Below are positions 7,047 to 15,762 of a stretch of DNA of 32,000 bases, in pieces. Source of the DNA: Aeropyrum pernix K1. Lineage in GTDB: Archaea > Thermoproteota > Thermoprotei_A > Sulfolobales > Acidilobaceae. How positions within the stretch are numbered: the stretch's first letter is position 1; each line of letters opens with the position of its first letter. Under the pieces are notes generated by a model. That model ran no database searches. It saw nothing but the letters and a program-made list of their open reading frames with translations, and was not told the origin of the DNA. The DNA lies in assembly GCF_000011125.1 (NCBI RefSeq), contig NC_000854.2:240001-272000 (forward strand), in the 5' to 3' direction. Both the position numbers and the translations under genes were made by a program.

Positions 7047-9296
7047 TTAGCTCCTAGGCTCCGCTATGAGGATCATATACTCTCCCAGAGCCCTAATATT
7101 CACCAAAACCCCATCTCCATCCACGACATAGTCAAGGCTCTTGCCAGTGAGAGCGTCGTAGACGTTCAGCCTCTCTCCATCCGGCCTTGGTAGGCGAACC
7201 TTGAAAGGCCCCACGGGCACAAGGACCCTGGGGGGGTGTACGTTATAGCTTGGATGGTACGCCGGGAGGGACTGCTTGCTGGGCCCGGTTATTGTTGATA
7301 GTATCCTCTCGTTGAAAGTAAGGTTAACCAGATGGGCTCCCACCGTGTCCCCCTTCCTGAAGAACTCTGTCTGCACAGTGTCGGGCGCGTCGCTCCAGGC
7401 GTCCGGAGGAGGGGCCTCCTTCTTTAGGGGCCTTAGCAGGAGTTCCGCGTAGTCGGGGTGGCCTAGCCTGGAGTAGTGGGCCCCGAGCCTGACAGAGTAG
7501 TAGAGAGTCTTGCCAGATCCCCTCCCACCGAGGGTTATGGCGGCCATGTTAAGCTTCGAGTCGGGGGCTGGTGTGCTCCTTCCAAGCGTGTACTCGTAGC
7601 CGTAAGCGCTCCTCCCCAGCCTGCCCCAGGCTAGGACTCTAGCCCCCTCCACAGGTCTTGCCCTAACAAGCTCCCCTAGCCGCGGCTCGGTTCTTTCTCG
7701 GGTGAACGTTGTTGAGAAGTCTCCTAAAACAACGGCTTTTGGCAGGCCGTCCCAGTATTCGCTATAAGCCTCCTCAAGGTCTACGAACACGTAACCAAAG
7801 TAGAATACGCCCTCGTACCTAACCTTAAGCGTCTCCTCCATAGCTAGTGAGTGTCTGTAGGTGAAATCCGGGTACATCCTGCCGAGGCTGTGGGTAACTA
7901 CTAGGAAGCCTCCCCGCTCCACATAGTCTTCTAGAGCAGCCTCCTCTTCATCGCTAAGCACGTCTGTCTCAGCCGCGACCAGGACCTTGTACCTCCCAGC
8001 CTTGTGAATATCCTTCATGCTCAGGAACTCGTAGGGTAAGTGCCTGTGGAACGCGATCATCGCCATACCTTCAATCTCAGAGGTGTAGTAGTGGGGAGCG
8101 TTCCAGTAGACTTTCTCGTGGGTTTCACTGCTGTACAGTATGCCCATATACCTTATCGGCTCTGACCCCACTATCTTGTCCTCCACCCTCTCCAACTCCT
8201 CGTAAACCTCAGCCAAGGCATCTATGGCCCGGCTGTCCTCAAAATACTGGCTGGAGAAGATTGTTGCCATGGGGTGGCCACCCGAGGCCACTATGCTTCT
8301 TATACCCTGTTTCACGGCCAGGGGGGTGGCGCTCTGGACGGTTCTCAGGTTATAGAAGAGGTTCCTGCTGACCAGAACAGGCTTGCCCTCACCTACAGCC
8401 GCCTGGCTCAGCTTAGTCACCATCGGCAGCATCATGACGGTGAGGACGTCTGTCTCGCTGGCCTCCGCGAAGACAGCGTCTAGATAATCTCTAGCCCTCT
8501 CAGCTACTATAGTCCCCCTGCCAGCCCAGCCGACAGGGTGGCTATTGTAGAAGAACATAGCATCCTCCTTAGTTCCCTTAACCGTGTCCCTAAGCCTCCT
8601 GATGCTGTCGACTATGACATGGTACCTCCACTCCCAGGCCTCCCTGAACGCCTCATCCTCCATATCATCAACGCTCGGCAGGTCGAGGCCCCTTTCAAGC
8701 CTAAACCTGAGACGACAGTATCTGCAGTAGCACGCCCTCTGAGGGTCAGGGAGGTATCTGAAGCTATCTAGGAGAACGCCGTCCGCATCCGTAGCCTTCA
8801 GCGCCTCCTCGGCCTCCGGTATGAAGTAGCTTTCCATCGCAGGGCTGTTAATACATATCTGGGGCCACTGGGGGTCCCTAACCTTCTCCTTCACCGGGTA
8901 GTGCTCGAGGACTATAACCTCGCCGCTGCGCGTCCTCTGGGCCCATCCCGGGTGCCGCCTATATATATACCTGTTGGCAGTATGATCCGTCATTATGACA
9001 ACCCTAAGCCCCTCTCTCTTGGCAGCCTTAACCAGCTCGGCAACATCCAGCCTGGCCCTGCGATGGCGGGGGTAGAGCCTGCTACCACGGTAGAATACAC
9101 GCCCCCACGCGTCCCTAGCGAAGACTACGAGGGTGTTGGCGCGAGCCTTCTTGGCGAGGCTCACGAGATCCTCTGCGGAGATAGCGTCTGCATAGAAACC
9201 GTAGGGGTCCTCTATGTTAAACTGTATAACCCTAAGGAGGCCGCGGTTCCACCAGGCGGTAGACATAGAGTTTGCACACCCTTCAGGCGGCTGCAC
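7047..9296 (-). CDS. putative glycoside hydrolase: GHL6-like TIM-barrel N-domain plus GH42-type trimerisation (GATase1-like) middle domain
   Basis: N-terminal VIQFNIEDPYGFY...TLVVFARD...MTDH pattern, a CYCRYCRLRF motif, and mid-region KVLVAAETDVLSDEEEAALEDYVERGGFLVVTH. Its stop lies 1 nt before the next gene's start. The start is GTG 9296 or ATG 9266. Confidence 0.6.
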   Translation of the reverse strand: MQPPEGCANSMSTAWWNRGLLRVIQFNIEDPYGFYADAISAEDLVSLAKKARANTLVVFARDAWGRVFYRGSRLYPRHRRARLDVAELVKAAKREGLRVVIMTDHTANRYIYRRHPGWAQRTRSGEVIVLEHYPVKEKVRDPQWPQICINSPAMESYFIPEAEEALKATDADGVLLDSFRYLPDPQRACYCRYCRLRFRLERGLDLPSVDDMEDEAFREAWEWRYHVIVDSIRRLRDTVKGTKEDAMFFYNSHPVGWAGRGTIVAERARDYLDAVFAEASETDVLTVMMLPMVTKLSQAAVGEGKPVLVSRNLFYNLRTVQSATPLAVKQGIRSIVASGGHPMATIFSSQYFEDSRAIDALAEVYEELERVEDKIVGSEPIRYMGILYSSETHEKVYWNAPHYYTSEIEGMAMIAFHRHLPYEFLSMKDIHKAGRYKVLVAAETDVLSDEEEAALEDYVERGGFLVVTHSLGRMYPDFTYRHSLAMEETLKVRYEGVFYFGYVFVDLEEAYSEYWDGLPKAVVLGDFSTTFTRERTEPRLGELVRARPVEGARVLAWGRLGRSAYGYEYTLGRSTPAPDSKLNMAAITLGGRGSGKTLYYSVRLGAHYSRLGHPDYAELLLRPLKKEAPPPDAWSDAPDTVQTEFFRKGDTVGAHLVNLTFNERILSTITGPSKQSLPAYHPSYNVHPPRVLVPVGPFKVRLPRPDGERLNVYDALTGKSLDYVVDGDGVLVNIRALGEYMILIAEPRS

Positions 9297-9392
9297 CCAT
9301 ATTTTCTAACAGGAACTTTTATTCTTTTGAGATATTGCGTGTTCCACCTTCCACGGCGTCTTTAACCCCTTATTAACCGGGTGGATAATAGA

Positions 9393-9410
9393 GTATTACA
9401 CCCGTAATAC
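9393..9410. repeat. perfect 7-bp inverted repeat GTATTAC-ACCC-GTAATAC
   Basis: Read directly from the 154-nt spacer between the thioesterase stop and the glycosidase start. Confidence 0.6.
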
Positions 9411-9450
9411 CATCCATAACCGGCTCCTGGGCGATGGCTGTTATGGCCAT

Positions 9451-10548
9451 CTATCCTACACGCCCCCTCATCAGCATTTCGAGAAACCGCCTCGGTGGCT
9501 CTAAAGCGGTTTCACCCGAGTCGATAGACCTTATCAGCCGCCTCCTCCACTCCGCCCTCCTCAGAGCCTGCTCCTCAGGCTCCCAACCCCGGGGTGCATT
9601 TATCTCGAGAGGGCGCCCGGAGCTATCGAGGCTTATGTAGGTGAGGTAGGCCTCGCTGGTCAGTCTGGCCTCCCCGCCCCCCATAAACCCTGAGGCGGAT
9701 CTTATGAGGACCTCCACACTACTCCTCCCCACGTAGGAGGTGCGGGCCCACATCCTGAGGACCTCGCCCACCCTCATAGGGGCTACGAAGTCCGCCGGGC
9801 CTACAAACCCCGTCACTACAATGCCAGCAGAACTTCGCAGTGCCGCTACGGCCCCGAGCTCGTCAACTATATAGAGCATGGCTCCTGCATGCATAACGTC
9901 ATAGGCTACAGAGTCGATAGGGTTCACAATCCTGTAGGACTCAACCTCAAAGGGCTCGGTCCCCGACTCCCTCAGGCTATACACAGTCTGCCTTAACAGT
10001 TCCCTACCCCTGAGCCTCTCCACCCTGGCCTCCCTCATCTTCATGCTTGCCTCCAACAACCTCTCCTCCTCCCTGTCGACAGCCTCTATACACGACCCGT
10101 GTGGATGGGGTCTGAGAACCCCCTCATGAGGCTTCACGTTGACGAAGGTCATGTGAGCAGCGCTCACACGCTCCAGCCCCTGACCCCCAGGCCTGCCGAG
10201 GGAGTACGCCGCGAGACCCACCTCCACGCTACTCCTCCCAGCGTATGGCGACCATGCGAAGACGGCTATCGTCTCCCCCACACCAACCGGCTTGCCGAGA
10301 TAGATGAAGTCTATGCCCGCTAGAAGAGGATAACCGACGACCACCTTAGAAGCGGCCAGAGTACCGGCGTCCACAAGCCACCTGATCATATTGCCTCCGT
10401 GAAGTATGCCCAGAGGGTTAGCGTGGCTCTGCATTACTATGTGGAGCGTGTTCACAACAGTATCACTAACGTTGAAGATCCTCGAGCAGTTGTCGCCCAA
10501 AATAGCTGCACCCTCCAAGGAACGATGGGGTGGGTATAGATTAAACAT
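9451..10548 (-). CDS. acyl-CoA thioesterase with two tandem hotdog (4HBT) domains
   Basis: ANPLGILHGGNMIRWLVDAGTLAA in the first half and DVMHAGAMLYIVDELGAVAA in the second half are typical acyl-CoA hydrolase hotdog motifs. A TATA-like ATTTATA abuts the ATG, so the true start may be TTG 10518 or TTG 10500. Confidence 0.75.
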   Translation of the reverse strand: MFNLYPPHRSLEGAAILGDNCSRIFNVSDTVVNTLHIVMQSHANPLGILHGGNMIRWLVDAGTLAASKVVVGYPLLAGIDFIYLGKPVGVGETIAVFAWSPYAGRSSVEVGLAAYSLGRPGGQGLERVSAAHMTFVNVKPHEGVLRPHPHGSCIEAVDREEERLLEASMKMREARVERLRGRELLRQTVYSLRESGTEPFEVESYRIVNPIDSVAYDVMHAGAMLYIVDELGAVAALRSSAGIVVTGFVGPADFVAPMRVGEVLRMWARTSYVGRSSVEVLIRSASGFMGGGEARLTSEAYLTYISLDSSGRPLEINAPRGWEPEEQALRRAEWRRRLIRSIDSGETALEPPRRFLEMLMRGRVG

Positions 10549-10615
10549 GGAGTATAAATCTGGGATAATGCTGTGGAGCCGCTGCTAGTGAAGGGTTGGG
10601 GAGGGGCATGAATAT

Positions 10616-11092
10616 CTAGCTCTCCTCCGCCTCCTCCCGTGTAGCCCTGGTTACTATAACCTCGCCGCCAGCCTCCTCAATTTTCTTTATAGCCAGTTCG
10701 GAGGCCAGGGGGGTTATTACCTTCAGCGGCCTAGCTACCCTCCCCTCGCCGAGAAGCTTGTGGATACCCAGCTTCTCAAGGTTTACAACTATCTTTCCGT
10801 CCTCCTTCTCGGCCTTTCCCTGGGCCTCGAGGAGCGCCGCTATCTCGTCCAGCTGGCCGACGTTGATAGTTGTCACCTCAAGCCCGGCCCTTATCCTGGG
10901 CGGGTTGAACCCCTTCTTACCGTACCACGTTGGAGCATACTTTATAGTCCACGTCCACTCGTGCTTGCCAAGACCTGCTGCACCGTAGCCGCCTTTCGAC
11001 CCGCTCTTCCTGTGCTGCCCTATCCTACCCCAGCTCATGGTCCTCGTCCTACCCCTGAGCTTTCTAGACTTCTTTCTCCTCCTAACGACCAT
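10616..11092 (-). CDS. rpl15: 50S ribosomal protein L15 (uL15)
   Basis: [46 protein letters not shown]; ATG start; last gene of the cluster. Confidence 0.95.
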   Translation of the reverse strand: MVVRRRKKSRKLRGRTRTMSWGRIGQHRKSGSKGGYGAAGLGKHEWTWTIKYAPTWYGKKGFNPPRIRAGLEVTTINVGQLDEIAALLEAQGKAEKEDGKIVVNLEKLGIHKLLGEGRVARPLKVITPLASELAIKKIEEAGGEVIVTRATREEAEES

Positions 11093-11105
11093 CCTTGCCC
11101 ACCCC

Positions 11106-11585
11106 CTAGAGCATCTTAAGTATAAGCTCGTTTATCGCGGAACCCCTGTAGCCCAGCTCTCCCCCGTCTCTGAACATCCTCTTTATAGATTTCTTGAAGC
11201 CGCCACGCGGGGGGTGTAGCCTGAAGAAGGGTTTTACACCCTTCTCCTCGAGCCTGTGGTAGTGTAACTCGCCCGAAACAAGCTTCTCCGCAAGCTCGCC
11301 TAGACCGCTCAGTCCAAGGTTCTCTTCCACCCACTTGTCTGTGAGGGGCTTGTCGCCGACTATCCTCCCCCTCTTTCTGAGGAGTTCCTCTAACACTCTC
11401 TCCTCTATCTCGCCGTATGTAGTCCAGGCCTCAACAGTCCTCAGCATATCCCTGAGGCCTGGAAGACTATCGTGGTATATGGAGGCTGTATACCTCCTCC
11501 TAAGCCTTAACAGGTATAGGGTCTTGTCTATGTCGGGCGGGACGTCCACCGTGCCTCTGATCCGTATCACAGCATAGAGAGGCAT
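11106..11585 (-). CDS. rpl30: 50S ribosomal protein L30 (uL30)
   Basis: [32 protein letters not shown] prefer ATG 11585 (MPLYAV...) to the GTG 11594 of the ORF track. Confidence 0.93.
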   Translation of the reverse strand: MPLYAVIRIRGTVDVPPDIDKTLYLLRLRRRYTASIYHDSLPGLRDMLRTVEAWTTYGEIEERVLEELLRKRGRIVGDKPLTDKWVEENLGLSGLGELAEKLVSGELHYHRLEEKGVKPFFRLHPPRGGFKKSIKRMFRDGGELGYRGSAINELILKML

Positions 11586-11630
11586 AACACACACCCCGCT
11601 CCACTACTACCCCGGTCTTATGGGCACCCT

Positions 11631-12287
11631 TTAGAGCCTGAGCCTTGCTTCGGCCCAGTCGGCTGGCGTGACGAAGCGGTAGGTGTTCCTAAGCGCAAGG
11701 TAGGTGGCCCTGGCGAAGTTGTAGCTGGTCCTCGTCTCACCCTTTGTGAAGGTCCAGACGTCGCTTATACCGGCCAGCCTAAGGACAACTTTCGCCACGT
11801 CCCCTGCAACCAGCCCGGTTCCCTTTGGAGCGGGCTTCAGTATAACCTCTACGCTGCCGCTCTTCCCCCTCACAGTAAAGGGAACGCTGTGGGCTTCGCC
11901 GCATGTGCACTCCCAGCTGCCGCAGCCCCTCCGGACAGGTATTATGTTGAGTTTGGCATTCCGTATGGCCTTCTCTATTGCAAATCTGAACTGCCTAGCC
12001 TTCCCCTTGCCCAGGCCTACGTAACCGTCCTTGTTGCCCACCACCACCACGGCCCTGAATCTGGTTATTCTTCCTGCGTCCGTCATCTTCTGAACTATAC
12101 TCACATCTATAACCTCGTGGTCGAGCCCGGGTAGAAGGTAGTCTACTATCTCCGTCTCTAGTATCGGCAGGTTCCTCCTGAATATCTCGTCGATACTCTT
12201 TATCTTACCCTCCTTAACGAGCCTGCCGACCCTAGTCCTCGGCTGCCAAGCCTCCAGGTCTACCTGCCCGGCCTCTCTCTGCGACAC
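11631..12287 (-). CDS. rps5: 30S ribosomal protein S5 (uS5)
   Basis: [26 protein letters not shown]; GTG start. Confidence 0.95.
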   Translation of the reverse strand: MSQREAGQVDLEAWQPRTRVGRLVKEGKIKSIDEIFRRNLPILETEIVDYLLPGLDHEVIDVSIVQKMTDAGRITRFRAVVVVGNKDGYVGLGKGKARQFRFAIEKAIRNAKLNIIPVRRGCGSWECTCGEAHSVPFTVRGKSGSVEVILKPAPKGTGLVAGDVAKVVLRLAGISDVWTFTKGETRTSYNFARATYLALRNTYRFVTPADWAEARLRL

Positions 12288-12315
12288 TTCAAACCCCCCA
12301 CACTATGTTATAGGC

Positions 12316-12960
12316 TCAGGCTTTAACCTCTACCTCTTCACCCTCGGCTGCCGTCTCCTCTGCGACGTGCTTGTAAGCCTCCTCTATAGCTTTCTTTACC
12401 TCTTCTACATGGCCCGGCAGCTCCTCCGGGTTAAGGCCGCGGTCTAGGTATCTGGAGAACTGGCGCTGGTACAGCTCAGCATTCTCCTCCTTCAGAGCCT
12501 CAGCCCACTGGGCTATATGCTCGCACCTAACCCTCTCATCGCCAGGAAGTATCTCCTCGGAGTGGGGTATCTCGACGCCAGCGTCCAGAGCGCCCTTTAA
12601 TGCGGCGAATACTCGAGAGCCTTTAACAGGCTTGTGAAGCCCCACATCTAGCACAGCTTCCCTGACACCCTTCTCCAGCGCCCTCAGCCCGGCCAGGTAT
12701 CCTGTCAGGTAGGCTGCGCATGTGTTGTTACCATCTCCCTTCCACCCGAACTTCTTTATCAGCTCCCTGCTGTGAGCAGCTGCTATCACCCTGTCACCCT
12801 CTATCCTGGCCTCGAGGAACTGGACCCACAGGTACTCGTTGGATATCCTCACAGCCATCCTGGGCTTTCCGGATTTGACTAGCCTGAACCTCCTGTAGTA
12901 GTTAGTCTTACCTTCTCTCCTCCTTCTGAGCGGCACCCTGTACCTCGGCCCTCTGCCCAT
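12316..12960 (-). CDS. rpl18: 50S ribosomal protein L18 (uL18)
   Basis: [32 protein letters not shown]; ATG start. Confidence 0.95.
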   Translation of the reverse strand: MGRGPRYRVPLRRRREGKTNYYRRFRLVKSGKPRMAVRISNEYLWVQFLEARIEGDRVIAAAHSRELIKKFGWKGDGNNTCAAYLTGYLAGLRALEKGVREAVLDVGLHKPVKGSRVFAALKGALDAGVEIPHSEEILPGDERVRCEHIAQWAEALKEENAELYQRQFSRYLDRGLNPEELPGHVEEVKKAIEEAYKHVAEETAAEGEEVEVKA

Positions 12961-12980
12961 CTACGGCCACCTCCTGTTAT

Positions 12981-13448
12981 TCACCTTATCTTCTCCTCTG
13001 GCACTAGCCCCCTGTCAGCCATGTACCTCTTCAGGCTTGCGAGGTCTCTGAAGGTGCCACCCTTGGCAAGCATGTAGAGCCTCCTATACGTCTTCCTGTC
13101 TATAACCTGCTTGTCCCTCAGGTACCTCAGGTACCTTCTTATCTTCCTAATCCTATGCATCCATCTCTCCTTCGGGTCTAGCCTGGCGGTTGCTACTCCC
13201 TTTCTCCTGCCCATTCCACGCCTCCTACCTTTCCTTCTCTGAAGGTGCCTAACCTTGCTGGCGTGGCCTGCGTTCCCCTTCTCAGGTAGAACCTTTATCA
13301 CACCCCTCTTTATCAGAGCCCGCACGTCCGCCTTGGTTACGGCCCCTTCTATCTCCTCTCTGAGTTCTGGATCGGGGCTTATCCAGATTCTAGACTCCCC
13401 TACACCTAGAATCTCGGCTGCGAGCCTCCTCTGGAATCTATAGTCCAT
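12981..13448 (-). CDS. rpl19e: 50S ribosomal protein L19e (eL19)
   Basis: RRLAAEILGVGESRIWISPD followed by a basic tail; ATG start. Confidence 0.95.
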   Translation of the reverse strand: MDYRFQRRLAAEILGVGESRIWISPDPELREEIEGAVTKADVRALIKRGVIKVLPEKGNAGHASKVRHLQRRKGRRRGMGRRKGVATARLDPKERWMHRIRKIRRYLRYLRDKQVIDRKTYRRLYMLAKGGTFRDLASLKRYMADRGLVPEEKIR

Positions 13449-13468
13449 GCCCGTTCACCCTTCCAAGC

Positions 13469-13906
13469 CTAGTTAGCTACCCTGAACCCCCTCTCGAGGG
13501 CTGCCCTCCTGATCTCCTGCTTCTTACGTAGGCCCACGCCGGAGGCAATATATACTATATGCCTCTCTGGGCTTAGCCTCTCGAGATCCTTTGCGGAAGA
13601 AACAATAACAGGCTCCAGACCGCTCGGGTGCATACCCCTTATAGCCTTGGGGGTTCTGTATCCGACCTTCACTATAGGGGGGTATCCTTTGAGCTGGAGC
13701 CTCATCTTGTTGTCGTTACCCTTGGGCTTCCTCCAGTAATCCCTCCTCTCGAACTTCCAGAACCTCCAGCTGAGGTAGCGTAGGAACCTGTGTCTGCTTT
13801 TAGACGCTATCAGTCTCCTCAGCCTCTCCCTAGCCCTCCTAGCCGCCAATACATTCCTCCTCGCGGCAAAAGCCTCCTCAAGACTCTGGGGCTCCCCACC
13901 GGCCAT
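13469..13906 (-). CDS. rpl32e: 50S ribosomal protein L32e (eL32)
   Basis: RFLRYLSWRFWKF...WRKPKGNDNKMR. The ATG shares one base with the L6 stop (TGATG). Confidence 0.93.
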   Translation of the reverse strand: MAGGEPQSLEEAFAARRNVLAARRARERLRRLIASKSRHRFLRYLSWRFWKFERRDYWRKPKGNDNKMRLQLKGYPPIVKVGYRTPKAIRGMHPSGLEPVIVSSAKDLERLSPERHIVYIASGVGLRKKQEIRRAALERGFRVAN

Positions 13907-14454
13907 CAGGCTATCACCTCCCTCTCGTAGATGTAAATACCGTCCATAAACTTCCTCCTATCCTTATCCTTAACTTTCGTCGCTAACTCTATGTTGGCCG
14001 CTGTCTGGGCAACCTTCTCCACGTCGATTCCCTCCACGATAACGTCGCTACCCTTGACCTGCACTTTCACTCCAGGCATTATCCTAGCTATTCTCAGCCC
14101 TTTCTCTCCAAGGAAGTTGGATATTATGAATTTGTCGCCCTCAACCTTTACGTTTATGGGGAAGTGGCTATACATTATCTTGAGCTTGTAGCGGAAGCCG
14201 CCCTGAACACCCTTTATCATGTTCCTTATGTGGCCTGCTATAGCGCCCACCAAAGCCCTTTGCCTAGCCTTGGCGAAGAAGCTCTCGACAACAACGCTAT
14301 TATCCTCCAGCCTGATGAGCACGCCTCTAGCGTGGCTGAAGTCACGCTCAACCTCGCCCTTGGGTCCAGATACCTTGACTCTCATGCCGTCTATAGACAC
14401 TGTTACCCCTTCAGGCACCTCCACTCTCTCCACTACGTGCACGTCCTTAGCCAT
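13906..14454 (-). CDS. rpl6: 50S ribosomal protein L6 (uL6)
   Basis: VPEGVTVSIDGMRVKVSGPKGEVERDF; ATG start. Confidence 0.95.
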   Translation of the reverse strand: MAKDVHVVERVEVPEGVTVSIDGMRVKVSGPKGEVERDFSHARGVLIRLEDNSVVVESFFAKARQRALVGAIAGHIRNMIKGVQGGFRYKLKIMYSHFPINVKVEGDKFIISNFLGEKGLRIARIMPGVKVQVKGSDVIVEGIDVEKVAQTAANIELATKVKDKDRRKFMDGIYIYEREVIA

Positions 14455-14497
14455 ACTCCTATACCCCCAACCCCTCTGTGGGTTGAGTAGCCACGAG

Positions 14498-14506
14498 CTA
14501 ATATAG
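14498..14506 (-). promoter_or_regulatory. TATA-like CTATATTAG inside the S8-L6 spacer (possible internal promoter for L6..L15)
   Basis: It lies about 45-50 nt upstream of the L6 ATG. The same 9-mer occurs upstream of the CBS gene at 28680-28688. Confidence 0.3.
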
Positions 14507-14518
14507 TGTGCGGAATTA

Positions 14519-14550
14519 GGAAAACTGCGGGTTCGCCTTGCAAAATGGGG
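14519..14550 (-). terminator. two oligo-T tracts downstream of S8 (minus strand CCCCCATTTTGC and GCAGTTTTCC)
   Basis: Archaeal termination commonly uses short T-runs. These are the only T4 runs in the spacer, and they lie 25-55 nt after the S8 stop. Confidence 0.3.
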
Positions 14551-14574
14551 GTCCAGGAGAGGAGGGAGTGGAGT

Positions 14575-14982
14575 TTAGTAGACGTATGCTATTACTATGC
14601 CGCCTATCTTCCTCTTCAGCGCTTCCCTATGAGTCATAACCCCCTGGGGTGTTGAGAGTATCAGGAGCCCCACATCCCGGCTTGCCAGGTATTTCCTAAG
14701 GTGCTCCGGCATCTTGGCCAGCTCTCTGTAGCTCACCGGGGTTCTGGGCTTCACGACGCCTATGTCGTTAATCCTGCCCAGCAGCTTGACCCTGAACTTG
14801 CCCCACCTCCCGTCGTCTATGTACTCGAAACCTCCTATGTAGCCCTCCTTCTCAAGAATCCTGAGGACGTTGGCTATCAGCTTGCTCGAAGGCATGATTA
14901 TTGCTTCGCCCTTGCCCCTCATCTCTGCATTCTTTATAGCCGCCATCGCGTTTGCGAGCGTGTCAAGCATCACCATAGCCAT
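14575..14982 (-). CDS. rps8: 30S ribosomal protein S8 (uS8)
   Basis: DTLANAMAAIKNAEMRGK...GGIVIAYVY. Several in-frame ATGs lie between 14970 and 14982. Confidence 0.95.
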   Translation of the reverse strand: MAMVMLDTLANAMAAIKNAEMRGKGEAIIMPSSKLIANVLRILEKEGYIGGFEYIDDGRWGKFRVKLLGRINDIGVVKPRTPVSYRELAKMPEHLRKYLASRDVGLLILSTPQGVMTHREALKRKIGGIVIAYVY

Positions 14983-14992
14983 CCACCCCCAG

Positions 14993-15157
14993 CTACCTGT
15001 TCTTCCTGAACCCGAGAGTAGGGGCTATTTCCCTGAAGCACTGGCGGCACAGATAGAGGCCGTACTTCTGTATGACGGCATCCCTAGTCCCGCACCTCTG
15101 ACATCTCTGGGCACCGCGCCCCATCCTCTTGGGTTTTGGAGGCCTTATTTTAGCCAC
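14993..15157 (-). CDS. rps14: 30S ribosomal protein S14 type Z (uS14), zinc ribbon, 54 aa
   Basis: Not in the ORF track because it is under 60 aa. My hand translation of the minus strand gives VAKIRPPKPKRMGRGAQRCQRCGTRDAVIQKYGLYLCRQCFREIAPTLGFRKNR followed by a stop. It has the CxxC...CxxC motif and sits in the canonical slot between L5 and S8. GTG start at 15157, TAG stop at 14993-14995. Confidence 0.9.
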   Translation of the reverse strand: MAKIRPPKPKRMGRGAQRCQRCGTRDAVIQKYGLYLCRQCFREIAPTLGFRKNR

Positions 15158-15177
15158 ACCACGCCACCCCCGTAAGG

Positions 15178-15762
15178 CTAGACAAAAGTGACGCCGAATA
15201 GCTGGTTCAGAAGCACCATAGTCTCCTCCCTCGTGACTCTATGCCTCCTCGGTATATGACCCCTCCTCTGGCGCCTCCTCTCTACAATCCTATGGCCAGG
15301 CCTCTGTATGGTTATGGCGACGTCCATGCCAAGTATACCCACTCTAGGGTCGTACTTCACCCCAGGTATTAGAATGTGCTCCTCTATCCCGAAGGAGACG
15401 TTGCCGTGCTCGTCAATACTGCTCGTCTTTATCCTATGGCCGACGGCATCCAATGCCCTCTTAAGAAAGTTTAAAGCCTTCTCGCCGCGGAGCGTTACCA
15501 TGACAGCTATGTTCTCACCCTTCCTGACGCCGAACGCCCTTATAGTCCTCTTGGCCTTCCGGAAAACCGGCTTCTGGCCCGTCAGCTCCTCCAGGACCTC
15601 AGCCGCCCTCTGGAGCCTCTCACCGCTCTGGCCTATGCTTATGTTAACCGTCACCTTCACAATCCTAGGCCTCCTCATAGGGCTCCTCTTCCACTCGTCA
15701 AGTATCTCGCTAACCCGCTCCGGAGGTATTGGGAGACTCTGTGCCTTGGCGCTCACTTCCAC
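15178..15762 (-). CDS. rpl5: 50S ribosomal protein L5 (uL5)
   Basis: PRIVKVTVNISIGQSGERL. The start is GTG 15762 or, more likely, GTG 15756, which forms a GTGA overlap with the S4e stop. Confidence 0.95.
   Translation of the reverse strand: MEVSAKAQSLPIPPERVSEILDEWKRSPMRRPRIVKVTVNISIGQSGERLQRAAEVLEELTGQKPVFRKAKRTIRAFGVRKGENIAVMVTLRGEKALNFLKRALDAVGHRIKTSSIDEHGNVSFGIEEHILIPGVKYDPRVGILGMDVAITIQRPGHRIVERRRQRRGHIPRRHRVTREETMVLLNQLFGVTFV

Noticed and set aside
8901-9365. 154-aa plus-strand ORF spanning the glycosidase 5' end and its promoter
   Set aside because: It is antisense to a gene with recognisable domains, and it runs through the AT-rich promoter spacer.
9468-9473. TGATGA (C-box-like) on the minus strand, as a possible C/D-box sRNA
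   Set aside because: It is part of the thioesterase coding sequence (…LMRGRVG stop). No CTGA D box or C'/D' pair follows within 50-70 nt.
14527-14540. GCGGGTTCGCC resembling a tRNA T-arm
   Set aside because: There is no complementary stem closing a GTTCRANYC loop, and no acceptor or anticodon arms can be drawn around it. I judge it not to be a tRNA.
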